Part shown: one piece after another, positions 59,801 to 64,000 of the stretch | Position numbering within the stretch: position 1 is the first letter of the stretch | Layout: the number at the start of each line of letters is the position of its first letter | Assembly: GCF_023055435.1 (NCBI RefSeq) | Contig: NW_025963890.1 | Span: forward strand, 3,720,001 to 3,784,000 | Length of the DNA stretch: 64,000 nucleotides | Source of the DNA: Haliotis rufescens | Taxonomy: Eukaryota | Direction of reading: 5' to 3' | The notes under the pieces: generated by a model | What the model saw: the letters and a program-made list of their open reading frames with translations, nothing else | Told to the model about the DNA's origin: nothing | Database searches by the model: none | Position numbers and translations under genes: made by a program

Positions 59801-62200
59801 CCACTTGGCTACCCTACCACCCTGTCTTTCTATGAACTACAAGTTAGTAGGTGACTGAATGATCCTTGTATTCCAAAGCAGATATATTACAGCTTTTATA
59901 CAACCCAAAACAAGTGAGGAACCCCCACAATTTGAAGGCTGTGTGTTGCAATACCCACCGGCCATGACAGATTAACTATAGTCATAGGAACAAATCAGGT
60001 GTTCTTTAACTTCTTTTGAGTAGTATATATTTTTCAAGCTGGAGCTAAAACACATTCAACCAGGACAAACTCTGGATAAATTATAAAAGTGAGCATCACT
60101 GCACTCCTCACTGTCTTGTCACAGCTGGTCCATCCTTGGTTATCTGGGTCGTATATCTCCCTTCTATTAGTATAAAAACCCTGGACTTACTCACCCCCAC
60201 AGGAAGTGGCATCGCCATCTCCATAAGAGTCTCCCCTCAAGAGCTACGCACAATTTTCTGTTGCTCGTGAGAGTAATTTGTTTGGAAGTGTAATTCATCA
60301 TGGATTCCAAACCCAGTTCCATTGGGAATTTCTGACAGTTATTATTTTCTTAACTATAGATTGTATTTTATCATCACACTCCCTACAGTAATGCCTATTC
60401 CTCTATATTCTGGTGGCACGGGTGGCCCAGTCGTCTAAGGTGCCGCGATTCGCTGTGCAGAGTTACATCCCTTGGGCACGCCAAAAACCTATGATTGTGG
60501 GTTCGAATCCTGGTTCGCCCCGATTATTTTTCTAGGTTTGTCAGCACCATACCCATGCACATGAGTTTCACCGAAGTGGTAAACGTCTGACACCTGCATC
60601 ACTTCAGGCCACATTAAGCCGGCACACAGTGATATAACAGGAATACTGCTAAAAGTGGCGTTAAACCCAACTCACTCACTCACTCCTCTGTATTCTAGTT
60701 ATCAGTGCAATCCAAGTCAACTCCACAAAACTATATAGTTGTATAACTATAATAAATATAGTTAGGAATTTCTCTATTCCACTTTGATCATTTATACTGG
60801 CATTTGCTGCAGACTTGGGGCAATAAAGCCTCAGAGCAGGTCGAGATAAGTCCATGAATAATAAAAACCCTTCAGACCACCAATTCCTTAATTTAGCCAA
60901 TACTACAACGAGAGTAAAGGGTCCTTGATACGTAATGACAATCACTATTTGTATCCAGTAACAGTCTCGGTGACGTCTATGTGTAACATCTGTGATGCGT
61001 ATAGACTTACAGCCATCGATACACCAACAAGCCTGAATGACATATGAATCCATCACTGCTTGTGTGAACTGCCTCTTTAGTGGGAATTGATGAGATCAGT
61101 TGCTAAGTATATTGATACAGATTGGACTCACAATGATTACTTCAGTTAAACATCTTAGTTATACCATAAAACGAGACATCAAAGCAGAAAATAAATGCCT
61201 TGTAATGAATTCTGCTTCACATCATGATTTCATACATCTCATGATACATGGATATTCTCTGTGTCACAATAGGGGCGGTCGGGTAGCCTAGTGGTTAAAG
61301 CGTGCGCTCGTCACGCCGAGGACCCGTGATATTGCTGGAATATTGCTAAAAGCGGCGTAAAACCATACTCACTCACTCACTCACTCACTGTGTCACAATA
61401 TCTCATGAGGCCAACCACTTGATATGGGGAAAGGGGGGTAGGGATGTTGTTGTTTTAATAATGTGTTCCGAAAACTAGAAAAAAAGTCATTTGTTTTCAG
61501 AATTTCTCCACCAAATAAATTGTTGTTTGACATGCTCGATCCCCTGTGTTTGTTTGTTTGTTTGTTTAACGCTGCACTCAGCAATATTCAACATATAAGA
61601 AGGTGGTCTGTAAATAATCGAGTCTGGACCTGACAATCCAGTGACACCATGACCATTGATCTACGCAGTTGGGATCATTCAAACAAGTGAACAATGCTGA
61701 CCATCCGATCCCGTTAGTCACCTCTTACAACAAGCATTGGTTGCTGAAGACATATTCTCGACCCGGATCGTCACGGGTCTGGATGCTCTGTGTATACTAA
61801 CAGCACCCTGAAGATAATTCAATCTGGCTTACTGAAACCAGTGATCGACAGCATGAGTAATGTTTGTCTACTGGGGGCCTTGACACCCAGAAATCCCCTG
61901 GTCTTACTCATAAATACATTGGAATACTCACAAATACATACTTCTCAAAAACATTCATTCATAAAAATATACTATTTAAGACTTTCGATTTCTCCCCTAC
62001 CACTACACATCTCTGTGACTTACCCGTGGCAAATCTCTAATTTGGTTGGAATCAGCATACAATTCCTCTAAAGTCCTCTCAAAGTTGAACACTTCTCCCG
62101 GGACATCTGTGAGGCTGCAGTGACGGTAATCCAAGACACGAATATCATCATCTATCGGTGGACGTAGACACGGACACTTCCGCACAAATAATCCGGCCAT
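8306..62200 (-). CDS. ERBIN: Erbin/Densin-180 (ERBIN/LRRC7-like, LAP1-type) LRR+PDZ scaffold; 21 coding exons, 3915 nt, ~1304 aa (gene span)
   Basis: Hand-spliced exons all GT-AG and in phase. N-term [42 protein letters not shown] array, LAP-specific [42 protein letters not shown], single PDZ ([29 protein letters not shown]). A single PDZ argues against Scribble. Probably co-orthologous to vertebrate ERBIN and LRRC7. Confidence 0.93.
8508..8839. mobile_element. pogo/Tigger-type MITE (family E), copy 1
   Basis: TIR c(t/c)gtatt..acgtaataagcgccc, TA TSD; inverted homolog at 19648-19989. Confidence 0.85.
8967..9132 (-). mobile_element. SINE family B (tRNA-Asp-like head)
   Basis: A box TAGCCTAGTGG, GTC anticodon-like loop, B box GGTTCGATTCC, 12-bp TSD tataactgaaag. 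Confidence 0.88.
9455..9735 (-). mobile_element. SINE family A, full length
   Basis: 10-bp TSD gattgaaata. Confidence 0.87.
9826..9900 (-). CDS. ERBIN: coding exon 20, PDZ middle ([25 protein letters not shown])
   Basis: 75 nt, CAG/GTATTA. Confidence 0.93.
10016..10246 (-). repeat. tRNA-like cassette-containing repeat (family F); related segments at 25147-25287 and 48686-48770
   Basis: Minus strand TGGCTGAGTGG..GGTTCGAATCCC boxes; shared aaagtggtcaaatgtaacaaatgt segment. Confidence 0.6.
10278..10370 (-). CDS. ERBIN: coding exon 19, PDZ N-part ([31 protein letters not shown])
   Basis: 93 nt, GLGF loop, CAG/GTAAGG. Confidence 0.93.
10651..10826 (-). mobile_element. retroposon family C, 5'-truncated and internally deleted
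   Basis: 13-bp TSD ttttcaaacaggt. Confidence 0.8.
11068..11255 (-). CDS. ERBIN: coding exon 18 ([13 protein letters not shown]...YQEIRET)
   Basis: 188 nt, CAG/GTACGT, phase 1 to 0. Confidence 0.85.
11493..11825 (-). mobile_element. SINE family D, diverged
   Basis: Homologous to 12480-12830; TSD ataaaccaata. Confidence 0.8.
12480..12830 (-). mobile_element. SINE family D (tRNA head, Meta-domain-like core), young copy
   Basis: 15-bp TSD cctgtgacgtattga; near-identical to 25477-25827; Meta-domain resemblance is from memory only. Confidence 0.88.
13148..13925 (-). CDS. ERBIN: coding exon 17 ([10 protein letters not shown]...DFSRHS, disordered)
   Basis: 778 nt, in frame with ORF 13143..13979, ttttcCAG/GTTAGT. 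Confidence 0.87.
13950..15165. repeat. 35-bp AT-rich minisatellite, ~34 copies
   Basis: Unit ttaagataataagttgaacatagaattcatatgcc. Confidence 0.95.
15479..16362 (-). CDS. ERBIN: coding exon 16 (large Ser/His-rich disordered exon)
   Basis: 884 nt, in frame with ORF 15428..16285, CAG/GTAAGT. Confidence 0.87.
17172..17283 (-). CDS. ERBIN: coding exon 15 ([37 protein letters not shown])
   Basis: 112 nt, strong pyrimidine-CAG acceptor, GTAACC donor; supplies the phase 0 to 1 change needed for exon 16. Confidence 0.82.
17700..18680 (+). pseudogene. degenerate Tc1/mariner element interrupted by SINE A
   Basis: [33 protein letters not shown]; 3' end ...ttttgcagagtatata. Confidence 0.8.
17796..18047 (+). 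mobile_element. SINE family A, tail lost
   Basis: Matches the family A consensus up to ..gttaaaa. Confidence 0.85.
19233..19346 (-). CDS. ERBIN: coding exon 14 ([38 protein letters not shown])
   Basis: 114 nt, CAG/GTAGTT, phase 0-0, GC-rich island in an AT-rich intron; no recognisable homology. Confidence 0.7.
19648..19989. mobile_element. pogo/Tigger-type MITE (family E), copy 2, inverted relative to copy 1
   Basis: Same TIRs, TA TSD; internal sequence is the reverse complement of 8508-8839. Confidence 0.85.
20782..20923. other. assembly gap (142 N) next to a (GT)n microsatellite
   Basis: Run of N. Confidence 0.99.
21862..22008 (-). CDS. ERBIN: coding exon 13 ([23 protein letters not shown]...GYESE)
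   Basis: 147 nt, CAG/GTAAAC; PTPYP motif of LAP proteins. Confidence 0.88.
22361..22435. mobile_element. Penelope-like terminal remnant with hammerhead motif split by an inversion
   Basis: Minus CCTGATGAAGGAGTAAGCAT abuts plus TGAAGGAGTCAGCATATACTCCGAAACGTTG..AATAAAGAAGTTG. Confidence 0.65.
23331..23443 (-). CDS. ERBIN: coding exon 12 ([38 protein letters not shown])
   Basis: 113 nt, CAG/GTAGGT; resembles the Erbin SF..WEE.R..F segment. Confidence 0.88.
23904..24091 (+). mobile_element. SINE family A, 5'-truncated
   Basis: Family A 3' part; imperfect TSD cgtaataYatgaatc. Confidence 0.82.
24391..24493 (-). CDS. ERBIN: coding exon 11 ([34 protein letters not shown])
   Basis: 103 nt, CAG/GTGAGT; LAP-specific motif. 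Confidence 0.92.
24789..24989 (-). mobile_element. retroposon family C, 5'-truncated
   Basis: TSD actgaattag, (AAAC)n tail. Confidence 0.85.
25147..25272. repeat. perfect 45-bp inverted repeat (family F foldback)
   Basis: 25147-25191 is the exact reverse complement of 25228-25272. Confidence 0.9.
25378..25958 (-). mobile_element. retroposon family C, interrupted by SINE D
   Basis: Family C halves on both sides of the D insertion. Confidence 0.8.
25477..25827 (-). mobile_element. SINE family D, young copy
   Basis: 13-bp TSD aagtgatcatgag. Confidence 0.88.
26016..26201 (-). CDS. ERBIN: coding exon 10 ([17 protein letters not shown]...[10 protein letters not shown])
   Basis: 186 nt, CAG/GTAGAC; last LRRs and start of the LAP-specific domain. 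Confidence 0.93.
26892..27021 (-). CDS. ERBIN: coding exon 9 ([43 protein letters not shown])
   Basis: 130 nt, CAG/GTGAGT. Confidence 0.93.
27228..27501 (-). mobile_element. retroposon family C, full length
   Basis: Head GAAGATC..GGTCTTC..GTCGTAAGAGGCGACTAA, tail GGCGTTAAAC(AAAC)n. Confidence 0.87.
27743..27815 (-). CDS. ERBIN: coding exon 8 ([24 protein letters not shown])
   Basis: 73 nt, CAG/GTGAGC. Confidence 0.92.
27995..28060. repeat. (GA)n microsatellite
   Basis: Direct reading. Confidence 0.95.
28334..28478 (-). CDS. ERBIN: coding exon 7 ([16 protein letters not shown]...LSELPDSV)
   Basis: 145 nt, CAG/GTAGGT. Confidence 0.92.
28974..29185 (+). mobile_element. retroposon family C, 5'-truncated
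   Basis: 12-bp TSD taatatgtatcc; lies head-to-head with a decayed minus copy at ~28705-28910. Confidence 0.87.
29499..29573 (-). CDS. ERBIN: coding exon 6 ([25 protein letters not shown])
   Basis: 75 nt, CAG/GTAAGT. Confidence 0.92.
29841..30015 (-). mobile_element. SINE family B, full length
   Basis: Near-identical to 8967-9132. Confidence 0.88.
30248..30368 (-). CDS. ERBIN: coding exon 5 ([40 protein letters not shown])
   Basis: 121 nt, CAG/GTAAGA, LRR. Confidence 0.93.
30973..31062 (-). CDS. ERBIN: coding exon 4 ([29 protein letters not shown])
   Basis: 90 nt, CAG/GTAAGT, LRR. Confidence 0.93.
32945..37370. repeat. 46-bp G/T-rich minisatellite, ~4.4 kb, with a 1719-bp higher-order duplication
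   Basis: Unit gtgttgtggagtttgggcagagcggagtttgggtggtgtcagcaga; ORFs 33909..35309 and 35628..37028 are near-identical at offset 1719. Confidence 0.95.
37697..37931 (+). mobile_element. retroposon family C, near full length (single-hairpin variant)
   Basis: 16-bp TSD caattcaacataaaac. Confidence 0.87.
39328..39539 (-). mobile_element. retroposon family C, 5'-truncated
   Basis: Family C body; imperfect TSD aaagaagYtga. Confidence 0.83.
40898..41188 (-). mobile_element. SINE family A, old diverged copy
   Basis: Colinear degenerate match; similar relics at ~31690-31845, 46385-46620, 53960-54168, 62480-62763. Confidence 0.65.
42503..42655 (-). mobile_element. SINE family B, diverged
   Basis: gacaccagaaatgggcttcacacattgtacccatg core; other diverged copies at ~17420-17552(-), 54275-54428(+), 59672-59822(-). 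Confidence 0.75.
43835..44300. repeat. 26-29-bp minisatellite
   Basis: Unit aactatgaaccactcgacctgcttagcta, homogeneous at right and decayed at left. Confidence 0.9.
46632..46710 (-). CDS. ERBIN: coding exon 3 ([26 protein letters not shown])
   Basis: 79 nt, CAG/GTAAGT, phase 1 to 2. Confidence 0.92.
47185..47374 (-). mobile_element. SINE family A, partly deleted
   Basis: Family A body and head. Confidence 0.78.
51205..51450 (-). mobile_element. SINE family D, old diverged copy
   Basis: gctagcccactgagataccatgc core; another fragment at ~62895-63020(+). Confidence 0.65.
51654..51771 (-). CDS. ERBIN: coding exon 2 ([39 protein letters not shown])
   Basis: 118 nt, CAG/GTAAGT, LRR pattern, phase 0 to 1. 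Confidence 0.93.
51765..52142. repeat. ~56-bp tandem repeat derived from the exon-2 splice acceptor
   Basis: Unit gctcctggacgtcacaacagaagcgttataaacaatatcaacccacttttatcaga, ~6.5 copies; first copy overlaps the real acceptor. Confidence 0.88.
52480..52581 (-). mobile_element. short Penelope-like insertion carrying the 3' half of a hammerhead motif
   Basis: CTACACCGAAACGTCG..TAATAAAGAAGTTG, same pattern as 22398-22434; flanked by 12-bp direct repeat cgcattttacac. Confidence 0.55.
52845..53110 (-). mobile_element. retroposon family C, full length
   Basis: Complete head-to-tail match. Confidence 0.85.
53737..53816. repeat. (TA)n microsatellite
   Basis: Direct reading. Confidence 0.95.
54560..54900 (-). 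pseudogene. possible PIF/Harbinger transposase relic
   Basis: Frameshifted peptides [25 protein letters not shown] in the order expected for Harbinger DDE nucleases. Confidence 0.4.
56310..57240. repeat. 34-bp minisatellite, ~27 copies
   Basis: Unit cagacagaaaactggtgccaatcctgtaggcttc. Confidence 0.95.
57895..58101. repeat. ~205-bp locally duplicated segment containing a ~110-bp Tc1-type MITE; second copy 59429-59639, MITE half at 59965-60030
   Basis: Shared flank tcagaaagctc..ctagattcaaatata plus TIR tactactcaaaa/ttttgagtagta. Confidence 0.75.
60414..60684 (+). mobile_element. SINE family A, full length
   Basis: Consensus match; imperfect TSD tcctctRtattct. Confidence 0.85.
61272..61387 (+). 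mobile_element. SINE family B, internally deleted (no B box)
   Basis: 13-bp TSD ctgtgtcacaata; head joined to tail at ccg. Confidence 0.85.
61546..61779 (-). mobile_element. retroposon family C, diverged full length
   Basis: Head-to-tail match; further relic at ~63175-63350. Confidence 0.78.
62024..62200 (-). CDS. ERBIN: coding exon 1 ([13 protein letters not shown]...QIRDLPR)
   Basis: 177 nt, GTAAGT donor. A tttCAG acceptor 8 nt upstream of the ATG (62209-62211) implies an upstream non-coding exon. Confidence 0.93.
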
Positions 62201-64000
62201 CGTCTGCCCTGAAAGACAATCATAGTTTCATTACAACAAATTGGTGGGATTGTTGGAGTGACATATTTTAGTTGTGACAAATCATGTTTATACACATGTA
62301 GTGAATACCTGAAAACATGGAGTGCATGACTTCAGCATGTGGGTCACAAACTCTGCTTTTATCAGTGAGTGAGTGAGTGAGTGAGTGAGTGAGTTTGGAT
62401 TTTATGTCACTTTCAACAGTGCATGGAGTGCATGGTGTGGCCAACATCTGTATGTGGGTCATGAACTCTGCTTCTATCAGTGAGTGAATGAGTGAGTGAG
62501 TGAGAGTGGTTTTTATGTTACTTTAGACAGAATTTCAGTTACATCATGGGTTGTCAGCATGATGAATGCATAAAGTGATGCAGATATTTGCCATTTACCA
62601 CTTTGGTAAAACAGACCAGAAAGGGTTATGTCCTGAAACCTAGAAAGATAATCAGAACAAATTGGGATTCAAATCCACATTCATAGGTTCCTGGCATGAC
62701 TAAGGGAAACAACTGTGCTCAGGGAACAGCAGAGCATTAGATGCCTGGGCTACCCGTGCTTCCCTTCCATCAGTAGCTCGTGAAGTGGGTTAAGTAGCCC
62801 AGTGGTCCAGCTAGCAACTGAGGCCCATTTCCTTACACTGTGTGAAGCCAATTCTTGGTGTCCCTACTCCAATTACCAGCGTATTAATGGAAATCCATGC
62901 AGCATGGTATCTCAGTGGGCAAGCAGTATAAAATCGGCATCAGTCCAAACTAGTACAAGCAGACACACATAAACATTGCTGAAGATGTGCAATAATCATA
63001 GCCCCAGTTCACCTCACCTCAACTAATATTGAGAAAAAGTTATAAAACAGTGACTCTATCACTCACAATACTTCAGTCATGGTCAGGTTCTAAACTGTGG
63101 AGGAAAGTATACAGTGATGCATGTCATAGTCGCTTACTCTTTCCGTGAAACTTACAGTGAAATGATACTAATGTTATTTGTTTGTTTGTTTGTTTGTTTG
63201 TTTGCACTCAGCAATATGCCAGCTATATGACAGTGGCCTGTAAGTTATCGAGTCCAGACTAGACAATCCAGTGATTGATACTTGGAGCTGCAATCCATGA
63301 CACGCAATCAAACAAGTCACCAAGCCTCAGACCAACCCGATAGATTGGGTCATCATTCAAATACTAGTATAAATGTCGAAACAGTATGAACACGACTGCA
63401 AGGCCAGTAAGACTATTGGCAGACATACTTGGCAAAATAATCAGGGCAGATATACTTGGCAATACTATCGCACATATTAGATCCAAGAAAAGAAAGTGTG
63501 GAGACGAAAGAAGACGAATGGAGACGAATCATCACTGTTACGTGTCTACCAATATTTAATAAACTCAACAAATCTGACAAGCCACAAGATAAATTCTCTG
63601 ACACACACCGTGAAAAAACAACAACTTATCCTCCATTTCATTGATCAAGTTTGCCCAAACTTTGACAGACATGTTTTGTAGCCAAAACAAACTATAAACA
63701 AGATGTCACTGACAGTAAAAAATACGCCATTTCAGAATACCCGCCCCAACCCTAAATTCCTGGTGTTACAAATTTATTGACATTTTTATCAATAAATAAG
63801 ATTCCCTCTCATCACATATCTCAAATGAAATTTAAACAAATATCATGATTCAACAAATATCACAGTCCTGCCAACTCATTTTGAGTGCAATGAACATTTT
63901 TTAAGGCCTCACAATTTATTTCCCTCTTAAAACTTCAACTCAGATACAAACATTTTTTTTCTAAAATTGTCAAAAGGAGACCAAAACCCCTTATCAGTGC

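Noticed and set aside
8306-62200. Scribble or LRRC1/Lano assignment
   Set aside because: Exactly one PDZ at the extreme C-terminus and Erbin-type N-terminal exons; Scribble has four PDZ domains, Lano none.

Overview
Eukaryotic, intron-rich animal DNA; the SINE/MITE repertoire suggests a mollusc, probably a gastropod such as abalone (inference). One protein-coding gene spans the window on the minus strand: an Erbin/Densin-180 (ERBIN/LRRC7, LAP1-type) gene. I reconstructed 21 coding exons from ATG 62200 to TGA 8306. All junctions are GT-AG and phase-consistent, giving 3915 nt and about 1304 aa: N-terminal CxC, LRR array, LAP-specific region, long disordered linker and one C-terminal PDZ. Introns and the 3' flank hold four SINE-like families (called A-D here) with different heads but a shared 3' module, several MITEs, Tc1/mariner and probable Harbinger transposase relics, Penelope-type hammerhead remnants, and five minisatellites. 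The long G-rich ORFs at 33-37 kb and 56-57 kb are repeat artefacts. I see no new protein-coding system. The best leads are non-coding: a pseudoknot-like head of family C at which copies are repeatedly 5'-truncated; a minisatellite made of duplicated exon-2 splice acceptors that each run into a stop; an inverted MITE pair bracketing a phase-0, stop-free 2244-nt exon block; and a tRNA-containing, circularly permuted repeat. All coordinates were counted by hand; repeat boundaries are approximate unless a TSD is given.
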